Assembly: GCA_039798785.1 (NCBI GenBank)
Contig: JBDKFG010000101.1
Coordinates: 1-11,848, forward strand
Reading direction: 5' to 3'
Length of the DNA stretch: 11,848 nt
Source: Verrucomicrobiota bacterium
GTDB taxonomy: Bacteria; Verrucomicrobiota; Lentisphaeria; Lentisphaerales; Lentisphaeraceae
The translations under genes and the position numbers were made by a program. Below the pieces are notes generated by a model, which saw only the letters and a program-made list of their open reading frames with translations, made no database searches and was not told where the DNA came from. Every line of letters starts with the position of its first letter. Position 1 is the stretch's first letter. Below are positions 1 through 6,865 of the stretch, piece by piece.

Positions 1-231
1 GTGCAGCGAGCCATCGGGCTGGCGTTCTTCTTTGAGGCTGGCCTTGAGCTTCGGGATCGGGGTGTCGACCGGGTCTTTGAGTTCGGCGTAGATCGGGTTG
101 TTGGGCAGTGCGGGCGTGAGGTGTAGGCGGTCGAAGGCGTCCTTTTGGGGAAGGAAGCAGGCGACGATCAGCGGCACGGCGGCGATGCCGAGGCAGGAGA
201 GGATGATTTTGCTGCGTTGGGAGAGGGTCAT
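1..231 (-). CDS. Hypothetical membrane-anchored or exported protein, 5' part only (runs off the window edge)
   Basis: Not in the ORF track. My translation from ATG at 231-229 gives MTLSQRSKIILSCLGIAAVPLIVACFLPQKDAFDRLHLTPALPNNPIYAELKDPVDTPIPKLKASLKEERQPDGSLH, with no stop down to position 1. Third codon positions are strongly G/C, like host genes. A basic N-terminus followed by a hydrophobic stretch suggests a signal anchor. Confidence 0.75.
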   Translation of the reverse strand, partial: MTLSQRSKIILSCLGIAAVPLIVACFLPQKDAFDRLHLTPALPNNPIYAELKDPVDTPIPKLKASLKEERQPDGSLH

Positions 232-243
232 GGGTATTCTGGG

Positions 244-693
244 TTATCGGTCGTGGGTCTTATACACCTTAACTAGCTTTTCAGTCTGTTTGCCTGTGAT
301 TAGCTTCAGGATGGCTATAGAGAATTCAAGATGCAATGCAGACGCACGATCTCCCATGACCTGCTGGCCCTCGGGATATTGGCATAACTCGTTTAAGTAG
401 GATGCAGGGATGCGCTCGCCAAACGACCGGACTTGAGTGATTACATCGATGGCCAAGGTTGCCACTGATTGCACCTTGTACTCATCATCCAAGAACTCGT
501 CTAGCTGCGGATCAACACAGCCGTTGATGCAGATTTCGGCGGTCTCCTTCCATCTGCTTCTCATCTGTTGGAGGAAAGCAGGCGGATGAGGGATGTAATC
601 GATTTGCCGCACCATCAACCACAACCAAGTCTCGACCAGGTAATCCTTGCAATGGATGTGTTGATCATGGAAGCTGACTAAAGAATGTCCCAT
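244..693 (-). CDS. Hypothetical protein (~149 aa), lower GC than flanks
   Basis: Open frame 244..699. The likely start is ATG at 693 (MGHSLVSF...), 2 nt after the upstream TGA, with GAAGG just upstream. The alternative TTG at 699 overlaps that stop. Composition looks globular, but I recognise no family. Confidence 0.7.
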   Translation of the reverse strand: MGHSLVSFHDQHIHCKDYLVETWLWLMVRQIDYIPHPPAFLQQMRSRWKETAEICINGCVDPQLDEFLDDEYKVQSVATLAIDVITQVRSFGERIPASYLNELCQYPEGQQVMGDRASALHLEFSIAILKLITGKQTEKLVKVYKTHDR

Positions 694-695
694 GA

Positions 696-992
696 TCAAC
701 CTTCATTCTCTGCTGGTGCTGCAAATCGCTTCCATTGATCCCCAATTTTGGCGCGTGTCGCCCACCATCCAGGAGGAAGATCCGCAAGCTCCAACACACT
801 TGGATCAAGCTGGGTGATGCGTTCCAGACAGACGAGCTTGGCGTCGGCCAAATCGGCATCGCTTGTGCCGATGAATTGCCAAGTGTGATCCTCCGCATCA
901 TGGCAGGCCAGTAAGATCGGCTCACTGCCGTTCAACACCTGTCTCATGGTGTAGGCCTTGCAGTTCCTAGGCTCTGAAAAGGGCCAAGTCAC
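696..992 (-). CDS. Small DUF2185/Imm33-like protein (98 aa)
   Basis: The pattern WPF..P.N....T.RQVL.G..PILL..HD..D..WQF...A..V.L..I...DPS..ELADLP.GW.A.R......W.R resembles DUF2185-like proteins, recalled from memory rather than searched. GTG start lies 1 nt after the debranching-enzyme stop, with an AAGGAG RBS inside that gene's last codons. Confidence 0.75.
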   Translation of the reverse strand: MTWPFSEPRNCKAYTMRQVLNGSEPILLACHDAEDHTWQFIGTSDADLADAKLVCLERITQLDPSVLELADLPPGWWATRAKIGDQWKRFAAPAENEG

Positions 993-993
993 T

Positions 994-3900
994 TCACTTC
1001 TTCTCCTTTAAAATCCGCAGCACCCGGAGCGATTCGGTGACCGACCAGGCTTGGGCGTCGCAGCCGCGGGCGCGGTGGGGGGCGGCGCCGTCGATGATTT
1101 CGGGGAGCTGGCCGAGGCAGCCGGAGTCGAGGAGGACGCGGACGCTGCCGAGGATGCTGCGGGCGATGGTCTTGCCTCGCTGGCCTTCGGTGAGGGCGAG
1201 GGCTTCGCACCACGACGGGAAGGGCCAGGTCCAGGCGGTGCCGTTGTGATAGGCGGGTTTGCGGCGGGTGTCTTCGTCGCCTTCGTAGCGCGGCCAGAAG
1301 GGGGCGCGGGGGTCGTTGAGGAGCTGGCCCTGGTTGCCGTAGACCGGCAGGGCGAAGCGCACCGGCTGCTCGGCGAGAGTGCGGATCGCGCCGGGCACGA
1401 GAAGGCGTTCGCAGGCGGCGACGATGGCGCGGGCCTTAGGGTCGTTGGAGGGGACAAGACCAAGGGTGACGGCGAAGAGCTGGTTGCAGCGCAGGGCGTC
1501 GTCGGCGCGGGCGAAGTCGGCGGGCTGGCGGCCCTGGGTGTGCAGGCAGTCGCTGAAATAGCCGGCCTCCGGCAGCCAGTAGAGCTGCAGCACCGAGGCA
1601 CGCACCTTGTCGGCGAGAGGGCGCCAGCGGGCCGCGTCATCGCGTTGCGCGAGGGTGTCGAGCGTGGCGTACCAGAGCGCCTGGATTTCGATCGGGTAGC
1701 CTTCTCGCGGGGTGCCTGCGGGGTGGTTGGTATCCATCCAGGTGAAGTGCGAGGGCGAGTAGACCAAGGAGGTGACTGAGTCGGCCCGGATGCCGTTGGG
1801 GGTGCCGGCGAGGTAGTTTTCGGCGATTGAGCGGAGCACTTCGAGGAACTTGCGGCCGCCGCAATCTTCGCTGAAGATGGCGTCGGAGCCGGAGGCGCGG
1901 GCGTAGTCGCTGGCGGCGACGGCGAGCCAGAGCGGGGCGTCGGAGGTGTCGCGGTTGGAGGCGTCGTCGCCGCTGATCATGTTGGGCAGGGTGCCGTCTT
2001 TTTCGAAGCGGGCGAACTGCAGGAGGATGGCGCGGACTTCGTCGAGCAGGCCGGCGGCGACGAGGCCGCGGCAGCAGATCAGGGTGTCGCGTCCCCAGTC
2101 GAGGAACCAGGGGTAGCCGGCGATGACGGTCTTGAGTTCGCCGCGTTTGACCACGTAGGCGCTGGTGGCGGCGCGGAGGACCGATTCGAGATCGTTCTTG
2201 GCGATCGGCGGCGGCGGCAGGACGCTGGCGGGGTCGATCAGTGCCGGCTCGGCCTCGGTGAGGGCCTGGCCGATGAGGGTGGCGTTTTCGCCGCCGCGGA
2301 AGTCAAGGGCGAAGAGGCCGGGGGAGTAGAGGTCGGACTGCGACTGCAGGCCGCGGCTGGCCTCTTGCGGCATATGGAGGTTGTAGGCCCATTCGGGTTC
2401 GCGGCGGAAGCTGCCGCGGTCGGAGGCGAGGCGGAGTTTTCGTCCTTGGGCGGGGGAGAAGAGGAAGTCGCGTTCGCCGGCGGCGACGGCTTCTTCCCAG
2501 GCGTATTCGAGGCCGTGGCCGGCCTTGGTCTCGCCGTGGAAGTCGCGGTCTTCGATATCGGGACGGGCGAAGAGAGTGATTTCGGCGTCGTCGGCGAGAT
2601 CGGCTTCATCGCGGGCGGGGAGGCGTTCGAAGCGCAAGGCGGTGGCGTTTTTGCCCGGCAGCATCCAGACCTGGAGGCGGACCCGGGCGAAGCGGCCGAG
2701 GCCGGCGGGGACGCGGAAGACCATGTCGAGCCGGCCGGCTTCCTCGGTGAGGGATTCGGTGGCGGCCTGGCCGAGTTCGTAGACGTGGTGGCGGTGGGCG
2801 GCGTAGAGGCGGCAGCGGCGCCAGAAGATATGGCGGTTCTCGGGGTGCTTGGGCGACAGGTTGCAGGCGAGAAGGGCGTCGTAGCGGCTGACCAGGCTGC
2901 CCCAGGGCAAGGGGATGCGCATCATGCCGCCTCGGCCGTTGGTGCCGAGGACGGTGACCGGCGCGGGGTCTTTCAGGCTGCCACGGAAGGGGCGGTCGCC
3001 GTCGGCGCAGAGGAGCAGTTCGGCTTCGTAGCGGGCGATCCGCTCCGGCTCGTAGTTCTCCAGCTGCAGGCGGGTGAATTCAATCTGGCGGCGGGCGGGC
3101 AGGGGCGGGACGACGACGAAGTGGGAGCCGTCGCCGGCCTCGAGGGATTCCCAGCGCCGGCCGAGGAGCTGGGCGCGGAAGCGGAAGGGCGAGCTGAGGA
3201 GGAGGCAGGCGCCGGGGGCCCAGGGGATCTGGCGGCGCAGGTCGAAGGGAAAGCTCCAGGAGGAGAAGGCAAGCTGGTGTTGGCGCAGCCAGCCTGGCGG
3301 GTTATGAGCGAGGCTGGCCCCTTCGGCGTCGCAGTCGAGGCACTTCAGGTCGGCGCCCTCGCCGTGGAGGACACGCATGGCGCTGAGGCGGGCGGAGGCG
3401 GCGCTGAGGGAGCCTTCGTTGCAGGCGTGGACGAGATTGCCGCTGCCGAGGGCGAGAGCTTCGCCGGGAGCGAGGACGCCGCTGATCCGGGCTTCATCAT
3501 CGAGTTCGAAGTGGCGTTTACCGAGCAGGTCGCGCAGCACCGTGGTGCTGGCGCCGAAGGACTCGCAGCGGAGAGAGAAGTCCTGCGGCTTGTCGCAGTC
3601 GAGGTTGATCAAGACGAGGAGCGGGTGGAGCCCGGACTGGTCGCGGCGGAGCCAGGAGATGACCTGGCGCGAGGGGTTGGCGATTTCGGTCAGGGTCGAG
3701 CCGTCGTGGAAGGCCGGGTGGCTGTGCAGGAGTTTGTTGAGTTTCGAGATGTCGCCGACGAGATTCTCCGGGGAGCCCCAGTTGAGGCCGGAGGAGCGGT
3801 GCACGGCGATGCGTTCGGCGGCGAGCCATTCGACCCCGGCGGTGAAGCCGAAGGCGCCGTTGTGCGACAGCAGGGCGCAAAGGCGGGTGCGCATCCGGGC

Positions 3901-5184
3901 CCAGGTCGGCGAGCGGGCGGCGAGGCGCGAGTTGTCGTGGGTTTCGGCGTAGTGGACCATCAGGCCGCGGCAGGCAGACTGGGCCAGGGAGTAACCCATG
4001 TACCAGGAGATCTGGTCCTTGTCGTAGTTCTGGAAGAGCTCGGAGTAGGCCCAGTTGAGGTTGGCGGCGTCGAGCAGGCGCTCGGTGGTGTCCCAGGGGC
4101 CGCCGAGGCCTTCGAGGAGGAAGATGGTGTCTGGGAAGCGCAGGCGGACCTTGGAGACGATGTATTCCCAGGCGGGGAAGGGGATCATGTAGCCAGCATC
4201 GCAGCGGAAGCCGTCGACGCCGCGTTCGCACCAGGTGAGGAAGACTTCGGCGAGGTATTGCCAGAGCTCGGTGCGCGAGTGGTCGAGCTCGGTGAGGTCT
4301 TCCCAGGTGACGCCCCAGGCGCCGGGCTGGTGGATCGTGCCGTCGGCGTTGCGCTTGATCCATTCGGGATGGGTTTCATGCAGCTTGGCGGCCCAGCCGG
4401 TGTGGTTGATGGCGATGTCGAGGATGAGGCGGCCCTGGCGGGCGTGGACGGCGTCGACCAGCTCGAGGAATTGATCAAGCGGGGTGGCCTTGAGGTCGAA
4501 CTCGGCGAGTTCGGGGTTGACAGCGGTGAAGTCGAGGGCTGCGTAGGGCGAGCCGAAGCGGCCCATGCGGGCGTAGGTGGTGGGGGTCGGGTTGATCGGC
4601 AGCAGGTGGAGGATGTCGCAGCCGAGGGTGCCGAAGATGTGGTCGAGCTCGCCGATCAGATCGCGGAACTTGCCCGAGGGCGGGATGCAAGTCCAGCCCT
4701 GGGTGTCGAGGGCTTTCAGTCCCGTGACCTCTTCGTCGCCGGGAGTGGTGGCGAGGGCCTTGTTGGGGCCGAACTGGCGGACGAAGGCGCAGTAGATGGC
4801 GTTGCGGCTGCGACAGGCGACCGGCTCGACGTTGATCGCGATGTTGCCCCCTTCGCTCCACTGGATCTTCTCGTCGGGAGCGAGGAAATAAGGCTTGAGT
4901 CCGAAATGACCGACTTCGAGGAGGGGCAGTTCGGCGGCGAAGATCCCTGGTTCGATCTGCGCCATCTCGAGATCGTGCCAGCCCGGGTCGAGGCGGATCG
5001 ACTTGTTTTCAATGTGGCTGACGATATCGGCGCGGCGCAGGTCACCCTGGTTGACATTAGTGCGCAGAAAGCAGCGGCCGGGCACCGGGCGGTCGAGCTC
5101 GACCCGCACTTGGATGAAATCGCCACAATGTTTGAGAAGGCGGCTACCGGTCGCGGGACTGACGCTGAGACGAGGGAGGGACAT
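994..5184 (-). CDS. Fused glycogen debranching enzyme: N-terminal GH13 alpha-amylase/glucanotransferase domain + GDE N-terminal-like domain + C-terminal amylo-alpha-1,6-glucosidase (GH133-type)
   Basis: GH13 motifs are present: LDIAINH, DGFRCDAGYM (nucleophile Asp), FLLEGLGG (acid/base Glu) and YAETHDN. C-terminal glucosidase motifs are AGYPWFLDWGRDT, TWMDT, PIEIQALWY, YHNGTAWTW and GCDAQAWSV. I place the start at ATG 5184 (GGAG 6 nt upstream) rather than 5217, because the 5217 ATG overlaps a TATAAT -10 box. Confidence 0.93.
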   Translation of the reverse strand: MSLPRLSVSPATGSRLLKHCGDFIQVRVELDRPVPGRCFLRTNVNQGDLRRADIVSHIENKSIRLDPGWHDLEMAQIEPGIFAAELPLLEVGHFGLKPYFLAPDEKIQWSEGGNIAINVEPVACRSRNAIYCAFVRQFGPNKALATTPGDEEVTGLKALDTQGWTCIPPSGKFRDLIGELDHIFGTLGCDILHLLPINPTPTTYARMGRFGSPYAALDFTAVNPELAEFDLKATPLDQFLELVDAVHARQGRLILDIAINHTGWAAKLHETHPEWIKRNADGTIHQPGAWGVTWEDLTELDHSRTELWQYLAEVFLTWCERGVDGFRCDAGYMIPFPAWEYIVSKVRLRFPDTIFLLEGLGGPWDTTERLLDAANLNWAYSELFQNYDKDQISWYMGYSLAQSACRGLMVHYAETHDNSRLAARSPTWARMRTRLCALLSHNGAFGFTAGVEWLAAERIAVHRSSGLNWGSPENLVGDISKLNKLLHSHPAFHDGSTLTEIANPSRQVISWLRRDQSGLHPLLVLINLDCDKPQDFSLRCESFGASTTVLRDLLGKRHFELDDEARISGVLAPGEALALGSGNLVHACNEGSLSAASARLSAMRVLHGEGADLKCLDCDAEGASLAHNPPGWLRQHQLAFSSWSFPFDLRRQIPWAPGACLLLSSPFRFRAQLLGRRWESLEAGDGSHFVVVPPLPARRQIEFTRLQLENYEPERIARYEAELLLCADGDRPFRGSLKDPAPVTVLGTNGRGGMMRIPLPWGSLVSRYDALLACNLSPKHPENRHIFWRRCRLYAAHRHHVYELGQAATESLTEEAGRLDMVFRVPAGLGRFARVRLQVWMLPGKNATALRFERLPARDEADLADDAEITLFARPDIEDRDFHGETKAGHGLEYAWEEAVAAGERDFLFSPAQGRKLRLASDRGSFRREPEWAYNLHMPQEASRGLQSQSDLYSPGLFALDFRGGENATLIGQALTEAEPALIDPASVLPPPPIAKNDLESVLRAATSAYVVKRGELKTVIAGYPWFLDWGRDTLICCRGLVAAGLLDEVRAILLQFARFEKDGTLPNMISGDDASNRDTSDAPLWLAVAASDYARASGSDAIFSEDCGGRKFLEVLRSIAENYLAGTPNGIRADSVTSLVYSPSHFTWMDTNHPAGTPREGYPIEIQALWYATLDTLAQRDDAARWRPLADKVRASVLQLYWLPEAGYFSDCLHTQGRQPADFARADDALRCNQLFAVTLGLVPSNDPKARAIVAACERLLVPGAIRTLAEQPVRFALPVYGNQGQLLNDPRAPFWPRYEGDEDTRRKPAYHNGTAWTWPFPSWCEALALTEGQRGKTIARSILGSVRVLLDSGCLGQLPEIIDGAAPHRARGCDAQAWSVTESLRVLRILKEKK

Positions 5185-5215
5185 CCGGGGCTCCGAGGGC
5201 TTGGTTGAACGGGCC

Positions 5216-5245
5216 ATTATAGCCTCGGGCTGAGGGGCTGCGCAA
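5216..5245 (-). promoter_or_regulatory. Putative sigma70 promoter of the debranching-enzyme operon
   Basis: Minus strand reads TTGCGC (5245-5240), an 18-nt spacer, then TATAAT (5221-5216), a perfect -10 box about 30 nt upstream of ATG 5184. Confidence 0.65.
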
Positions 5246-5263
5246 GGGTTTTTGAGTGAGAAA

Positions 5264-5362
5264 GGAGCTCGGGCGTCCCGTCCGTGACAGAGACGTGCTC
5301 GAATGTGGCTCGATCGTCCCGAACGACGGTTTATTTAAACTCGAGGTGGAAGCTCGAGCCAC
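5264..5362. repeat. Cluster of three 23-nt REP-like palindromes, including an inverted doublet
   Basis: 5264-5286 (+) GGAG-CTCGGGCG-TCC-CGTCCGTG; 5305-5327 (+) GTGG-CTCGATCG-TCC-CGAACGAC; 5340-5362 (-) GTGG-CTCGAGCT-TCC-ACCTCGAG. All share a G-rich tetranucleotide followed by an imperfect 8-bp stem with a TCC loop. Confidence 0.65.
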
Positions 5363-5364
5363 GT

Positions 5365-5398
5365 AAAAAAACGCCCGCCGCAGAGTTTGCGGCGGGCG
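5365..5398 (-). terminator. Intrinsic terminator of gcvT
   Basis: Perfect 11-bp stem CGCCCGCCGCA / TGCGGCGGGCG (5372-5398) with a 5-nt loop, followed on the minus strand by 7 T (A run 5365-5371). It starts about 20 nt after the gcvT stop. Confidence 0.9.
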
Positions 5399-5419
5399 CG
5401 AAAGACGCTTTGTCCGGGG

Positions 5420-6487
5420 TCAGACGAAGGTGCGCTTGCAGACCGTGCCGATCATGGTTTTGCGCTTGGTGGCGATGTTGATGGTGGCGTCCTTGCAAGT
5501 CACCGGGACATAGGCGAGGCCGATGCCTTTGTTGAGGATGGGCGACATGGTGCCGGAGGTGACGTAGCCGATCTCGTTGCCTTCGGCGTCGACGATCTTC
5601 TCGCCGTCGCGGGGGATCGGGCGGTCTTCGACGGTGAAGCCGATGAGCTTGCGCTTGACGCCGTCGGCCTTGATCTTGACCAGGGCGTCCTTGCCGATGA
5701 AGGCGGGCTTGCTGAGATCGCAAACCCAGCCGAGGCCGGCTTCGAGGGCGTTGGTGGTGTCGTTGATTTCGTGGCCGTAGAGGGAGAAGCCTTTTTCGAG
5801 GCGGAGGGTGTCGCGGGCGCCGAGGCCGCAGGGAGTGACGCCGGCGGCGACGAGGGCTTCGAGGAGAGCGGGGGCGGATTGGTTTTCGAGGATGATTTCG
5901 ACGCCGGCTTCACCGGTGTAGCCGGTGCGGCAGATGAAGGTCTGGGCGCCCTGCCAGGTGAGTTCGGCGTGGCCGAAGGTGTCGAGCTTGCCGTAGACGC
6001 CGGGGAAGAACTGTTCGACGAACTCGGGAGCCTTGGGGCCCTGGAGGGCGAGCAGGCTGAATTCTTCCGAGCGGTTGGTCAGAGTGCACTTGAAGCCCTT
6101 CATCTCCAGGTTGGCGTGGAACCAGGCGTAGTCCTTGTCGATGTTCGAGGCGTTGACGACGATGAAGATCGACTCTTTCGACTGGACGTAGACGATGATG
6201 TCGTCGACGAAGGTGCCGTTGTCGTAAAGCAGGCCGGAGTAGAGGCCGCGGCCGGGGCCGACCTTGTCGAGATTGTTGGTGATCATGTACTGGACGAAGT
6301 CATAGGCTTCGGGGCCTTTGATGAAGAACTGGCCCATGTGCGAGCAGTCGAAGACGCCGGCGGCTTCGCGCACGGCTTTGTGCTCGGTGATCATCGAGGC
6401 GTATTGGACCGGGAGGGCCCAGCCGGCGAAATCGACAATCCGGCCGCCGAGTTTGACGTGCGTATCGTGGAGAGCGGTTTTTTTCAT
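5420..6487 (-). CDS. gcvT: Glycine cleavage system aminomethyltransferase T
   Basis: 355 aa with GcvT hallmarks: KKTALHDTH...GGRIVDFAGWALPVQY, EHKAVRE.AGVFDCSHMG, ALQGP, RTGYTGE.G.E, CGLGARDTLRLE.G..LYG, GYVTSGTMSP.L.KGIGLAYV. AAAGGA RBS upstream. Confidence 0.97.
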   Translation of the reverse strand: MKKTALHDTHVKLGGRIVDFAGWALPVQYASMITEHKAVREAAGVFDCSHMGQFFIKGPEAYDFVQYMITNNLDKVGPGRGLYSGLLYDNGTFVDDIIVYVQSKESIFIVVNASNIDKDYAWFHANLEMKGFKCTLTNRSEEFSLLALQGPKAPEFVEQFFPGVYGKLDTFGHAELTWQGAQTFICRTGYTGEAGVEIILENQSAPALLEALVAAGVTPCGLGARDTLRLEKGFSLYGHEINDTTNALEAGLGWVCDLSKPAFIGKDALVKIKADGVKRKLIGFTVEDRPIPRDGEKIVDAEGNEIGYVTSGTMSPILNKGIGLAYVPVTCKDATINIATKRKTMIGTVCKRTFV

Positions 6488-6529
6488 GACCTGTTCCTTT
6501 GCAGCTTTATGGGTTGTGACACGCCGCCT

Positions 6530-6557
6530 AGGCTACGCCGGAGGCATCCGCCGTCAA
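6530..6557 (-). promoter_or_regulatory. Putative sigma70 promoter of gcvT
   Basis: Minus strand reads TTGACG (6557-6552), a 16-nt spacer, then TAGCCT (6535-6530), about 43 nt upstream of the ATG. Confidence 0.45.
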
Positions 6558-6688
6558 GGGCGGCGAAACTGATATGGAGGAACTGAAGACGGAGTGTTGA
6601 AAATGACAGGAGGGACGGCTTTAAGCCCGGGCTCTCGCAGAAGTCGGTTTTAGACCTAAGCTCTGCGGATCAAGAAAAATCGACCTGT

Positions 6689-6813
6689 ATCACTCGAAGG
6701 AACGAAGAAGCGAAGAAAGCTAGATGGCCACAAAATGCACAAAGAGCGCAAAAGTAGAAAGATGAGCTGTCTGCCGATCACTCCTTCTGCGCTCTTCTGC
6801 GTCTTCTGCGGTT
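6689..6813. repeat. Cluster of purine-rich triple-unit tandem repeats, two direct and one inverted
   Basis: 6689-6719 ATCACTCGAAGGAACGAAGAAGCGAAGAAAG; 6726-6754 GGCCACAAAATGCACAAAGAGCGCAAAAG; 6784-6813 reverse complement AACCGCAGAAGACGCAGAAGAGCGCAGAAG. Each has three 8-10-nt units, and the last two form an imperfect inverted repeat. Confidence 0.7.
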
Positions 6814-6865
6814 CAGTCGAGCTTGATTTGGAGTGATGCAGGTCAAGAAAAATCAGGAAGGCGAT

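Noticed and set aside
98..400. 100-aa plus-strand ORF
   Set aside because: It lies antisense across two better-supported minus-strand genes and has no RBS or recognisable motif.
244..992. Low-GC genes as integron cassettes or a toxin-antitoxin pair
   Set aside because: The 1-2 nt gaps leave no room for attC sites and no integrase is present. I recognise no TA toxin or DNA-binding antitoxin motifs.
2365..5208. 947-aa plus-strand ORF, and the other long antisense ORFs at 1051-1779, 5387-6586, 6875-8008, 8711-9331 and 10072-10773
   Set aside because: They are antisense shadows of well-supported genes with strong GC3 bias. The translations are repetitive in G/A/E/V/D, with no motifs or RBS.
6488..6690. 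Possible glycine riboswitch or other structured RNA upstream of gcvT (small hairpins GGCTTTAAGCC and CGCAGA...TCTGCG)
   Set aside because: Conserved glycine aptamer motifs are absent on the minus strand, and the hairpins are short enough to occur by chance in GC-rich DNA.
6689..6813. Repeat cluster as a CRISPR array
   Set aside because: There are no identical direct repeats with regular unique spacers, and no cas genes in the window.
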